Origin: the human T2T-CHM13v2.0 reference genome, Homo sapiens | Assembly: GCF_009914755.1 (NCBI RefSeq) | Contig: NC_060944.1 | Length of the DNA: 64,000 bases | Direction: 5' to 3' (one strand) | In this document: positions 44,134 to 61,649 of the stretch, in pieces | Position numbering within the stretch: position 1 is the stretch's first letter | Layout: every line of letters begins with the position of its first letter | Made by a program: the position numbers and the translations under genes | Notes under the pieces: model-generated | Told to the model about the DNA's origin: nothing | What the model saw: the letters and a program-made list of their open reading frames with translations, nothing else | Database searches by the model: none

Positions 44134-45486
44134 CACATTTCACTGTTATTCCGTTCATAGTATTTTCCAATGCCTGTTGTGATTTCTCCTTTAAACTATG
44201 GGTTATTTAGAAGAACAAGAAGAACACTGCTTAATTTCCAGTAGAGATGTTCCTAATTATCTTTTGTTATTGATTTTTAGCTTAGTTCCACTGAAGTCAG
44301 AGAATATGCTCCCTATGTTTTTAATATTGTGAAATAAAACTTGATTTATGACCCTAACTTACCATCATTTTTGTTAAATGTTACATATAATATACCTGAA
44401 AACAATGTCTATCTCCAATTTTTGTTTGAAATATTCTACATATGTTATTAAGTACATATTGGTTGTCCAAATCTAGGATTTTACTGATTATTCTTTCTCT
44501 TTGTTCTACCATTACTGAGAGTTTTAAAAATTTTGTAACTATGATTATGATGTCTTTTTTTTGTTCTATCACTTTACATAGTTTGAAACTGGATTATTAA
44601 CTACATAGAAATTTAGGATTGTTATGTCTTCCTGTTGGATTACACATTTTATCATTGTGGAAGTTTCCCCTTTATCTTGAATAATTCTTCCTCCTTTAAG
44701 TCTTGTGACTCTGTGTTTGTCTAGTATTAACACAGCTGGATCAAATGGCATTTCTGGTTCTGAATCTTTGAGGAATCACCACACTGTCTTCCACAAGGGT
44801 TGAACTAATTTACACTCCCACCAAGAGTGTGTAAAAGCATTCCCTTTTCTCTGCAACCTCACCAGCATCTGTTGTTTCTTGACTTTTTAATAATCACCAT
44901 TCTGATTGGCATAAGATGCCATCACATCCTGTACATGTACCCCGGAACTTAAAATAAATAAAAATTATGTTAATTTAAGTTAATTAAAAAATATAGCTAT
45001 ACCACCTCTCTTTTTGTTAGTGTTTGCACGGTATATTTTTCAGACTTTTATTTTCAGACTTTCTGTGTCCTAATATTACAGCTATGTCTTATTTAAGCAG
45101 CACAGCACTGAATTTTTGATGCACTATGAGAATATTGATTTTTAATTAAAATATTTAGTCTGTTTGTATTTAATGTATACACTAATATATTTGGGTTTAA
45201 GGCCAGCATATTACTATTTGTTTTCTATCCGTCCTACCTATTGTTTATTTCTTTTGTCTTTTTTGTTGTCTTCTTTTGGATTAACCCAGTTAATGGAAAA
45301 TTATTCCATTAAATGGAATTCCCCAAAATTAAAATTATTCCATTTTCACCCTCTATTAATAAGTTATACCTTCTTTCATTATTTGTTGTTTGACCTACAG
45401 ATTACAACATGCCCCTTGATAGATCCTGATAAATCTACAGGATCAAAATGCTATAAATTAGTATCGTACAATTTTCAGACGATTAA
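44134..45486. repeat. left arm of long inverted repeat
   Basis: reverse complement of 45950-47305; about 36 differences in about 1353 bp by hand alignment. Confidence 0.97.
44738..44990. mobile_element. short 5'-inverted (twin-primed) L1PA insertion, also present in right arm at about 46446-46698
   Basis: antisense L1 ORF2 segment joined to sense 3' end CATGTACCCCGGAACTTAAAATAAA; degenerate TSD AA(C/T)A(C/T)AGCT. Confidence 0.75.
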
Positions 45487-45603
45487 CACCCATGAAAGCA
45501 GGAGGAAAATTACTTCAGAGAAAAGCACAGAAATGAAGGAAGAAATGAAAGGTAGAAGAAACAAAGGATAAGAAATGGTAAATATGTGTGGAAAGTCTAA
45601 ATT

Positions 45604-45819
45604 AGTAGTTCTCATCTGAAGTCAGTTTTGCTTACTGGGGGACACTGGCACTGACTGGAGGCATTTTGAGGCCCATAACCTAGGGTGGGGAGGATGCTAC
45701 TGGCATCTAGAGGGTGGAGACTGGGGATGCTGATAAACATCTTACAGTGCCTAAGGCAGCTCCTACACAAAGAAGTATCTGGCCTAAAATGTCAACAGTG
45801 CCAGGTTTGAGAAACCTTG
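45604..45819. mobile_element. MER20 in the spacer
   Basis: GCTACTGGCATCTAGAGGGTGGAGACTGGGGATGCTG..AAAATGTCAACAGTGCCAGGTTTGAGAAACC. Confidence 0.9.
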
Positions 45820-45949
45820 ATCTAAGTGAATATTGAATGTATAAAATACCAAAAATAATATTGTCTTGTGAGGTTAAAATACTTAATTAAAAGCCAACAA
45901 TAGCACAAGAGGTCAGAGAGAGTAAATGGAGTTAGTGATCTAAAATTCT

Positions 45950-47305
45950 TTAATTGTCTGAAAATTGTACGATACTAGTTTATAGCATTTTGATCCTGTA
46001 GATTTATCAGGATCTATCAAGGTGCATGTTGTAATCTGTAGGTCAAACAACAAATAATGAAAGAAGGTATAACTTATTAATAGAGGGTAAAAATGGAATA
46101 ATTTTAATTTTGGGGAATTCCATTTAATGGAATAATTTTCCATTAACTGGGTTAATCCAAAAGAAGACAACAAAAAAGACAAAAGAAATAAACAATAGGT
46201 AGGATGGATAGAAAGCAAATAGTAATATGCTGGCCTTAAACCCAAATATATTAGTGTATACATTAAATACAAACAGACTAAATGTTTTAATTAAAAATCA
46301 ATATTCTCATAGTGCATCAAAAATTCAGTGCTGTGCTGCTTAAATAAGACACAGCTGTAATATTAGGGCACAGAAAGTCTGAAAATAAAAGTCTGAAAAA
46401 TATACCATGCAAACACTAACAAAAAGAGAGGTGGTATAGCTATATTTTTTAATTAACTTAAATTAACATAATTTTTATTTATTTTAAGTTCCGGGGTACA
46501 TGTACAGGATGTGATGGCATCTTATGCCAATCAGAATGGTGATTATTAAAAAGTCAAGAAACAACAGATGCTGGTGAGGTTGCAGAGAAAAGGGAATGCT
46601 TTTACACACTCTTGGTGGGAGTGTAAATTAGTTCAACCCTTGTGGAAGACAGTGTGGTGATTCCTCAAAGATTCAGAACCAGAAATACCATTTGATCCAG
46701 CTGTGTTAATACTAGACAAAACACACAGTCACAAGACTTCAAGGAGGAAGAATTATTCGAGATAAAGGGGAAACTTCCACAATGATAAAATGTTTAATCC
46801 AACAGGAAGACATAATAATCCTAAATTTGTATGTAGTTAATAATCCAGTTTCAAACTATGTAAAGTGATAGAACAAAAAAATGACATCATAATCATAGTT
46901 ACAAAATTTTTAAAACTCTCTCAGTAATGATAGAACAAAGAGAAAGAAAAATCAGTAAAATTCTAGATTTGGACAACCAACATGGCCTTAATAACATATG
47001 TAGAATATTTCAAACAAAAATTGGAGATAGACATACTTTTCAGGTATATTATATGTAACATTTAACAAAAATGATGGTAAGTTAGGGTCATAAATCAAGT
47101 TTTATTTCACAATATTAAAAACATAGGGAGCATATTCTCTGACTTCAGTGAAACTAAGCTAAAAATCAATAACAGAAGATAATTAGGAAAATCTCTATTG
47201 GAAATTAAGCAGTGTTCTTCTTGTTCTTCTAAATAACCCATAATTTAAAGAAGAAATCACAATAGGCATTGGAAAATACTATGAACCGAATAACAGTGAA
47301 ATGTG
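45950..47305. repeat. right arm of long inverted repeat
   Basis: see left arm. Confidence 0.97.
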
Positions 47306-48586
47306 CCTTAAAACATTGTCTTTTCATGTTCATTCTTAAGGATATTTTCATTAGGTATAGAATTCTGATTTGCGGTTATTTCCTTTCAGTGCTTTACCTT
47401 CAAAAAAGCAACAATTAGACTTATAGTTAATTTTTCAACAGAAATTATGAAACTGTTAATCCACCACCACCAGCATCCTCCTCAGCTAGTTTCAAGATTT
47501 TCTCTTGGTCTTCAGTTTTCATCGGTTTCAGCATGCTATCCTTAGGTATGGTTTCTTTATATTCATCCTGTCTGAGGTTTATAGCGCTTTTTAAATCTGT
47601 GGCTCAATATCATTGATCAGCTTTGGACTATTCTTAGTCACAATCTCTTCAAATATTGGCTCTGCTCCATTCTTTTCTCTTCCTCTCTAAATTCATATGC
47701 TCAGAATTGTTCACTGTGTCCTGTATATCCTTGGTGTTTTGATATGGAGCTTGCTGACTTTCAGCCTCACTCCTAAGTGATCGGGGTAGGTTCCCTGTTG
47801 ACAAACCTTCCATATATGCATCTTTGGGTTTTTCTTTTCGTGCTGCTCAGATTTCCAGGAATGGCGTCTTCCAGTCTTCTACCTGGAGGGTGAAGATTTG
47901 ACTTCTAGCTTTCTGAGAGGCTTCAAAAGAACGAGAATCTCAGCATGTAGCATTCATCTAAGCATTTGGTAGATTAATCCTGGTGTGTTCATTATGGTAT
48001 TATTGTATTAATTGCAGCTGGCATCTTCCAGTCTAATAACCCCCTGTTTTACTTATTCCACAATATCTTTATATTAAAGGTAATGAGTTTAAAATATCTC
48101 TGCTAAGTATAATGATTGCTGCAACTTTGGGTATAAAACTTGTATCAGCCAATAGATGTTCTCTTCTGTTCTTAACTTCCTGAAGTTATCATAAATGGGT
48201 ATTGAGACTTAACAAGTGCTTTTTCTGCATCAAGAAATCACATGATTTTCTCTATTTTATTATTATGGCAAATCTACCATCCTTACTTTCCTGGAATAAA
48301 CCCTACATGAGTCTGAAATATTTTATATACTGTTGGATTCAGTTGACTGGTTTTGCTTTTGTTTTTGTTTTTGGATTTCTGAATCTATGTTCATTAGTGA
48401 AATGGGCCTATGATCTTTCTTTGTATTGTCCTCAGTCAAGTTGTGTAGCCAAAATGATGATATAAAATGAATCGGGCAGTCTTTTTTCTTTCCACTATTT
48501 TCTGGAACACCTTGTATAAAAGAGGAATTAGCTGCTCCTTGGAATTTTATTTTTAGAATTCACGTTAACCATCTAGGCATGTGAGG

Positions 48587-49270
48587 TTATTAGTCCGTTC
48601 TCACACTGCTAATAAAGACATATACAAAACTGAGTAATTTACAAAGGAAAAGAGGTTTAATTGGCCAGTGCTGTGACTCAGGCCTGTAATCCTAGCCCTT
48701 TGGGAGGCCGAGGTGGGTGGATCACGAGAACAGGAGTTTGAGACCAGCCTGGCCAACATGGTGAAACCCCCTCTCCACTAAAAAGTACAAAAATTAGCCT
48801 GGCGTGGTGGCGCGCCTGTAATCCCAGCTACTCAGGGGAGCTGAGGCAGGAGAATCCCTTGAACCCGGGAGGCAGAGGTTGCAGTGAGCCGCGATCGCGC
48901 CACTCACTCCATCCTGGGCAACAGAGTGAGACTCTGTTTCAAAAAAAGAAAAAAAAAATGGTTTAATTGACTCACAGTTCAGCATGGCTCGGGAGGCCTC
49001 AGAAAACTTACAATCATGGTGGAAGGGGAAGCAAACATATCCTTCTTCAGATGGCAGCAGCAAGGAGAAGAATTGGAACCCAGAGCAGGGGGAAGCCCCT
49101 TATAAAGCCACCAGCTCTCATGAGAACTTACCCGCTATCACGAGAATAGCAGGGGGGAAACTGCCCCCATGATTCAATTCCTCCCACCGGGTCCCTCCTA
49201 TGACACGTGGGGATTATGGGAACTACAATTCAAGATGAGATTTGGGTGGGGACACAACCAAACCACATCA
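48587..49270 (-). mobile_element. THE1 MaLR solo LTR with nested AluS (48663-48955, +)
   Basis: TATTAGTCCGTTCTCACACTGCT...GAGATTTGGGTGGGGACACA; TSD TGAGG; Alu TSD GGTTTAATTG. Confidence 0.92.
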
Positions 49271-50008
49271 TGAGGTTTGGGAAAAAATAAGTCTTTGGCC
49301 AGTTTTAATTTATTTGATATCTGTTGGTCTTTCAAGTTATCTCTTTGTCCTTGCACTAATTTGGGGATATTATATATTTTTCTAGGAACTTAATTACTTC
49401 TGTGAGAGTTTTCCTCTACTGGCATACATATATAATATTATTATTTTACTTTATTTATATTCCTAGAGTGTCTGTGGTTATTTGCTCTTTCTCATTCTTC
49501 ATTTGCAGAGATCAGATGTCAGCCTACATTACTAATTTTTTTCAAAGAACTAGTTTTTTGTTTGAAAACTCATATTTAATTTTTTCTCTATGTCATGAAC
49601 ATCTGCCCTTTATTCATTTTTTTTGGACTTTCCCTATTGTGCCTTTTCAAAAGTTGTGAGTTGAACATTCACTATATTTATTATTAACCTTTCTGGTTTC
49701 CTTATTATTGTATTTAAAAGCTAAAGAAAATCCTTGTAAGTGCTATGTTTATAATGAATCACTACTTTCAACTTTTGAAAAGTAGGATTTCATTATCATT
49801 CAGTCCTAAATATTCTTTCACTTATTGATTGATTTCTTTTTGAACTTGGTTCAATTAGTAATATATTTTTAATTTACAAATACATTGACTCTTTCACTTT
49901 CATTTGTTATTAATTTCTACTGATTGCATTATGGCAGAGAAAGTAGCCATATAGGGAAAATATAGCTATTGGCTATTTGGAATGTATTGACACTGCCTTT
50001 ATGGCTAA

Positions 50009-50342
<334 letters not shown>

Positions 50343-51066
50343 CATTGTTGATTTCCGTAAATGTTCTGTGTGTGTGATTAAGAAGACGCTGTCTCTGTCT
50401 CTGTCTCTTTCTCTGTTTCTCTCTCTCTCTTTCTCTCTTTCAGTTCTATATACGTTCTATGACCTCGAGCAGGTATTATACTGTTCAAATTTTTGTATCT
50501 CTGCTTATTTTTAATCTACTTGATCTAATAGTTCTGAAAAGGCTGTGTTAAAATCCTCAAAAACAACTGAAGTTTTATGTAATTCTCTTGCAGTGCTATC
50601 CGTTGTTGCTTGATATATAAAGGCCATATATAGTTATGTTAGATATATATTTTTGTTCTATTGTTCTTTTTGCAGTTATATAGCATTTTGTTTTGTTGTA
50701 AGTGAATTTTTGCCTGTTATTTTTTTTTTTTTTGAAAATTAAGATTGCTACACCAACTTTCTTTGGGTTGATATTTGCCTGTTATAGCTTTTTTCATCTT
50801 ATTTCCAAACTTCCTTTACCTTTCCATTTCACGAGTGTCTCTTGTGTACAATATATTATAGAATTTTTAAATCCAATACATTTACTATAATTACTAATAT
50901 ATTAGAAATTAGTCTACCTTCTTATCTTTCCTTTTTTTGTCTTCCAATCAAATAGATTGAGTTTACTTCTGCTGACTTAGAATACAGTTTCCCCACTCCT
51001 TTTTATGACTGTATATTATTCCATTGTGTGAATTTTCCATAATTTATTTAATGAATCCACTACTGA

Positions 51067-51447
<381 letters not shown>

Positions 51448-51538
51448 CCTTGTTCACAGTTTCTAATCCCAGCTCATCTTGCAGGTTTGTCTTTCTGGAT
51501 GCCTCTGACTCCAAGCATTGATGGCCCTCTCACAGGCT

Positions 51539-51957
51539 CTGTCTTAGGTTGGATTCTCCAGAAGCGGGCCCTGAGATAAGGTTCATGTGAATGTGGCTTA
51601 CTAGGACCCAACCCCAGGAAAACCTGGTGGGAGAGTGGGGAGCAGAACCAGGAAGGAGGCCAAGCCAGGTGCAGTTTCAAGCTCATCACCAGGGAAAGTG
51701 ACTTTGCTTCAGTCCACCCAACACGGGTCTTTCCTCACTGTGCCCAGACCAGGGCAAGCACACTACAGTGTTTATAGCCCTGCTCCATCTGGCATTGTTA
51801 AGGGGGACCCCTAAGGAGACATAAATTCCAGGCACTTCTGGTGAGCATCAAAGGTGAAGAACCCTAAAGGCAGACTGTGGACAGAGAGATGCAGGCAATG
51901 GCTTTGGGGAGCTAATATGTATGGGAATGCCCTGGCTGACATAACCTTGTCTGTTGC
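51539..51957 (-). mobile_element. LTR16-like ERVL LTR
   Basis: TGTCTTAGGTTGGATTCTCCAGAAGCGGGCCCTGAGATAAGG terminus. Confidence 0.7.
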
Positions 51958-52137
51958 AGTGTCCTGGCTCCTAACTCAGTCTGAGCAAATGAAGGAGAAT
52001 CAGGAATTTGAAGGAAGTTCTCTAATGTCTTCCATTTTCAGCCTTAGAACAGTGATGGGCTTTAAAGCAAGGCACCTCTATGCAGACGCTTGTCTACCAT
52101 GTATAGATCATGACATCATAGGCAGGACATCAGTTAA

Positions 52138-52449
<312 letters not shown>

Positions 52450-52532
52450 TGACACTAGTTCTTATAGCAGAAAGCTTGGCTTAGTGCCTGGCATAGAGTA
52501 AGTGGCCACACAAGTTCCTGTCATTATTACTA

Positions 52533-52848
52533 TTGTGTTGTTGTTGTTGTTGTTGTTGCTTAGAGACAGGGTCTCACTCTGTGGCCTGGCTGGAGTGAAG
52601 TAGAGAAATCACAGCTCACTGCATTCTCAGATTCCTGGGCTTAAGCCATCCTCATGCTTCAGCCTCCCCAAATAGCTAGGACTACAGGCGCACACCACCA
52701 TACCCAGCTAATTTTTATTTTTACTTTTTGTAGAAACCGGGTCTCACTATGTTGCCCAGGCTGGTCTTGAACTGTTTGCCTCAAGCAATTCTCCTGCCTC
52801 TGCCCCCCAAAGTGCTGGGATTACCAATGTGAGCCACCTTGGTTGGCC
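52533..52848 (-). mobile_element. AluJ with (TTG)n tail
   Basis: antisense dimer. Confidence 0.9.
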
Positions 52849-53334
52849 CCTATTATTTAGCAGAACTTTCCTCAGTGTCTGGCAAACAAGACCTAAAGGA
52901 CTTTGAGCTGCTTAAACAACCACTAGAAAGCACCTTAAGAAACAAAGATGCCCATGTATTTACTATTTATATAAAATACATAAACAGGAGGAAATCACAT
53001 AAATCACAAGCTGCTATTTCCCTTAGAATCTACAACAACCATATTATTTTATGAAAAACTGGACCATATTAAATTACTCAGGCCTCGGAAATTTGTAAAC
53101 GTGTACAATTCCGCATTGGAAACAGCCGTTTATATGTACTGTCACTTAAAACACAAATTATGGTTATTGTAAAAGATTTTAATTCACATAAATTTACGGG
53201 TAAAAACCACATATCTAGGAGAGAACTACTCAGGGCTTGCCACACATATAAAGAGGCTGCCGGAAGTCCTGGCAGCTGGTTACCTTCTCTTAGGATGACA
53301 GGGGCTGGGTAGGATGGAGGATAAGAAGGGAAGG

Positions 53335-53634
<300 letters not shown>

Positions 53635-54839
53635 TATATATAATTTGTAGCATCTGCTACAAATGTTTTTAAAATGTACTGTGACTCAGAACATGGTGAA
53701 ATGTATGATTATGTGAATCCATTTTAGAACCCAACTTTTATTACAGGAAGCAGAATACCTTGGAACGTTATTACTTCTAAAACTTTTTTCCATGAAATGA
53801 ACCTTGAAAACTATGCTCCATCTAATAGGTCTCTGGACAATTATATATAATCATCTTTCCTCTTAGAAAGAACTACTTTTTAATCCGGTTCTCCTTATCC
53901 ACATGACAAGTCCATCATAACTTTGACACATCATATACCCTGAGCCAGTAGTCTAATGTATCATAAATTAATGCCAGCACCAATACAACATTTTGATCAC
54001 CATATCTGTTACAGAAAAATCTAAATGTGTTAAAACCATCTGATAACTCTGCCCTCAAGTTTTCCAGGCCATTTAATTATTAAATTTCCCTTGTGAAAGG
54101 GATCTGTATTGTATGCAATTCAGACTTTGGTGGATGGCAAGGGTTTTTTTCCTGAGGTCACCAGTGCTTTTAACCACTGCCTAAAGAGCATCCTGTGCTG
54201 ATTAACATGCCTCGGATTAACTAGATTTCGCATGTAGCAATCATACTCCATTCAGCAGGGCCCATCTCTGGTGAATCGTGGACATTAATGACAGTTGCAA
54301 GAGCTCAAATATTATATAATCACTAATTACATTCTGTGCAATTAGTGGAGGCTCATCAGTGTGAATCACTAATGGCTGATCACCCTGTTCTCTCTGGGAA
54401 GAAATAGACGGTCTGCATAATTTTCTGATTGTATTAGCATAGACACAAACGTTATTAACGAACTTTGGCGACCATGAAGAGGCTCGATGCCTGTGATGGA
54501 CAAAGGCAAGAGGCTCCGCTTGATGGGCACAGACACTTCATTTTGAACATGAGCACTGTGTTTGTGGTTTTCTGGTATGACTCACTCACTCCTCACCTTC
54601 TGAATGGAAACTGCACGCAACATCTTGGCCACTCAGCCAATAAATAACTTGCACACAAGTCCAGTTTAAAAAAAAAATAACTGTGGATTTGTATTTTTCT
54701 TAAATCGGTTTTCAGAGAGCCAAGCTTTAAGAATTGTGGGACATTTAAATATATAGCTGGTGACTAAATAGGAGAAACACCTCTGAAATGGTAGAGAGAT
54801 TATCTGAATTTTATTTAACCCTCTGTATGTTGGGCCACT

Positions 54840-55543
<704 letters not shown>

Positions 55544-55654
55544 GCAGAATGTTTACAAACTACAAATATTCTAACCCAAGACGTTCTTGCTGGAAGACTG
55601 ACAACGGGCTTGACTACATGAACATCTTAAGGGTGTCCTTTGGTGGGGACCTAC

Positions 55655-56110
55655 ACTGTCCAAAATGGTAGCCAACAGCTATGTGTGGCTACCATGTTCA
55701 ATAGCCAATGTGACTGTTGAACACTGACATGTGGTGAGAAACCGAATTTTAACTAATTTAAACTTAAAAACTAAAGAAGGGTAAAACTATTTTTCTGCTG
55801 AAGACAGCTTTATTGGGTTGGTAGAAACACATTTAATTGCAATCATTACAAATTTAGTGTCTGGATAGAGATGTGATAAAAATGTAAAATACACACTGGA
55901 ATTCAAAGACTTAGAATGAAAAAAGTGAAATATTTAATAATTTGTATATTGATTATATGTTGAAATGAAAATACTTTTAATGTGTTGAGCTAAATTAAAT
56001 ATATTAATAAACTCAATTTCACCAGTTTCTTTTCTTTTTTTAATAATGTGGCTACTGGATAATTTTAAATGACAGGTCTGGTTTGCACTATATTCCTCTT
56101 GAACAACATT
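55655..56110. mobile_element. MER33/MER3-like hAT-Charlie element
   Basis: CACTGTCCAA..GTAGCCA..ATGTGGCTA; AAATACACACTGGAATTCAAAGACTTAG. Confidence 0.75.
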
Positions 56111-56576
56111 GGGTTAGAGCTTTAGCTCATTGCTCACCAAAAGTGGGTCAGCAAATACCCTAAAATATGCATTCCTTTTGCCAAAAAGATTAAAGTTCCA
56201 GGTTCTTTTGTGTCCTCTGTACAAAGATTAAGATAACTGAAACCAACCATTTATTCTTGGATACTAATATATTATTAAATCTCCCATTACTTGCCATATT
56301 TGTAAGTTTTCTCAATAATATTTTCAACATTAAAATCTTGTTAAAGATACCTATATATAAGAATCAGAAATAATTTTCCATGTAATGAAATGATTCTTTC
56401 TTATAAATCAATCCTTCTATGCTGGTGCCCTGGTTTCTTTTTTTTTTTTTTTTTTTTTTTTTTTTCCCAAAATGCCCTGGCTTAATTTGTCTTCCCATCC
56501 TACTTGCCATTTGTTTTTCTGTCCTCCTGCCTCAGTTGCTAGGAAATTCCTAAGCAAAGCATCTGACGTCTGATGA

Positions 56577-56856
56577 GGTCCGGCGGCTCACACCTGTAAT
56601 CCTAGCACTTTGGGAGGCCAAGTAGGGAGGATCACTTGAAGCCAGGAATTCAAGACCAGCCTGGGCAACAAAGCAAGACCCTGTTTCTAAGAAAAATTAA
56701 AAAAAATTAATAATTAGCCAAGCACGGTGTCTACTCAAGAGGCTGAGGCAGGAGGATAACTTGAGCCCATGAGTTAGAGGCCGCAGTAAGCTGTGATTGT
56801 ACCACTGCGCTCCAGCCTGGGCGATAGAACCAGACCCTGTTTCCAAATAAATAAAT
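56577..56856 (+). mobile_element. AluJ
   Basis: dimer, TSD AAAGCATCT. Confidence 0.9.
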
Positions 56857-57625
56857 AAAAGCATCTAATATCCTTTCTTTCTTCTATTTAACACAGGCTG
56901 AAAACTCACTCTAATTTCTTCATCTGCAGCATAGAAGAGCAAAGAAAGCCCATGGAGTCTATAGTTATGGTACAACTTTTAGATAGGCCTGACACGGTCA
57001 GTGGTGGGACAGTGGGGGTTTTGAAGGGCTGTAGGAATTGAATTCTAAGGTTTTGTAAAAGACTTTGAGGGTGATTTTTGTAAATCACTCTACTTAACAT
57101 TACAGCATTAAAAAGTAAAGAATTAAAAGTTAAACATTCAAACAAGGTAAAAGATTCAAGATCAGAATAATTGGTTGGTTTTCTCTAACCCTTTCTTAAG
57201 CAGCTTAATCCCCAAATGTCATAAAGAACAACTAACAAACAGCAGACGGAACTTCTGGACACCTGACCCCATGACACAGTTCATTATTACCCTCCTGTCA
57301 GTCCCCCTTAGCCTCTGATAGGGAATATCTAAAATTCCCTAAATGACCAGAGAATCAGTCTAGTGTCACGTCATCACTCTAAAATATAGGACAAGGGGAA
57401 CGATCAAAGAGACAGTTTTTGCCTTATCACTTTGTTCTTTCTGGCATCAGTCAGCCTTTAGAATAACGAAATCAATGCAAACATTTGTTGGGAGATGCCT
57501 ACTTTGAAGATCATTTGCTACCTAACTGTCTTGGTCATTTACATGGAATCCAGGGAGGATTTCAAAGATTCTCTCTCCCTTGTTACTCAGATAAAAGGAA
57601 GACTCAGGTGTTGAGTTTGGTTTTG

Positions 57626-57649
57626 TGTGTGTGTGTGTGTGTGTGTGTG
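57626..57649. repeat. (TG)n microsatellite
   Basis: direct reading. Confidence 0.95.
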
Positions 57650-58409
57650 TTTTAATATTTGATAAGGCTTCTATTTCACACTCACAAAGATTCCCATGTG
57701 GGTTTTATTTCTTTTTGTCCTTTAATTGAAGTTATGCAGATTGAATCAAACATGACAAATGCATTCAGACCCAAAAAAGGAAAAAATATTTACAGCCAGA
57801 AAAGTAACATGTAAGAGTGTGGTTTCCTATAGATAAAGCAAATGTTTTTCAGTGTGTGCAGTAGAAGTAATACATTGCAGAGTGCCTTACATTAGAAAAT
57901 ACAAGAGAAAAAAAGGTTGGTAAACATAGCCAGCAGACAGATATGAAAGATTTACTTACCAAAACTTGGGAGGGGAAGATGAAGAAAGGGTGTACACGAA
58001 TAAAGTCCTCATCTGATATAACAAGTTCAGTAGAAAATGTGGAAAGAAACAAAATCAAGAACTAGTGGGAGGCCATGTTAATTAGAGTTATGGAGGCAAC
58101 TACTGGAAAACAGAGAATCAAAGAAAGTTTAAAGTTGTTGAAGGGATTTTGCTTTTCATTGGATGACCTTTGGCACTCTTTGGTTTTCTTTAATACATAC
58201 ACAAGTATTATTTTCAGAATATCTTTCCATTTGAGAAATAACAATCTGAACTCTGCATTTACATCTCTCATTTACTTCTCACCCACTGTCATCTGCCTCA
58301 CATTCCCCAACCCATTACCCTCCCCTTGCCTAAAACACCCATCCTCTTTCTTTTCCTCTTTCCATCCCACCATGCTTCCCTTGCAAACCACCAGAAGACT
58401 TTCATAACG

Positions 58410-58810
58410 TCACTCAATCTGCTGTCTCGAATGACCTCTTAATTAGCAAATCCAAGGGACACTATTCAAGTGTGTTCCTCAAGGCCCTATCCTCTCTCCC
58501 TTTCTCTTTTCATTCTATTCACTCTCCATGAGCAATATCATCCTTACCCATGTATGTAACCTTACATCTATGTTGATGGCTACTAAACCAGTCTGTCTTC
58601 TCCATAGTATTAGTTATCTACCAACAGCCTGGTGAACATTACAGATGATAGGATTGGCCCTTCAAACTCAATCTGTCCAAATCTCAAGTCTCCATCTTTT
58701 CTTCTCCAATCTGCTCTCACTCTACATTTGCTGTTTTGGTAAATAGGTCCTACCCTGTTACCTAAGCCAAAGACTAGAGAGTTATCCTAGATTTATGCAT
58801 CTCACTCATG
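58410..58810 (+). mobile_element. L2 fragment
   Basis: AATGACCTC..GCAAATCCAA; TCTATGTTGATG; TCAAACTCAA..TGTCCAAA. Confidence 0.6.
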
Positions 58811-58949
58811 AAACACTGGAGACAAACTCATTAAAACATATAGGACTCACAGATAGGAAACCTGTAAAAAAGAAGACATTCAAGAAGTACCATGCATTTA
58901 AGAAAAATAAAAACCATAAAACAGAAGAGGCAAATTCAAGAAGCAAAAG

Positions 58950-61634
<2,685 letters not shown>

Positions 61635-61649
61635 GCCCACTTTACAGCA

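Noticed and set aside
45164-46272. Two near-identical ORFs (135 and 110 aa) on opposite strands
   Set aside because: They are antisense frames of decayed L1, start at TTG, and are duplicated only because they lie in the inverted repeat arms; not a gene pair.
56438-56465. Isolated poly(T) run as a solo polyA retro-insertion
   Set aside because: The flanking TGCCCTGG match is short and not directly adjacent on both sides; insufficient for a TSD.
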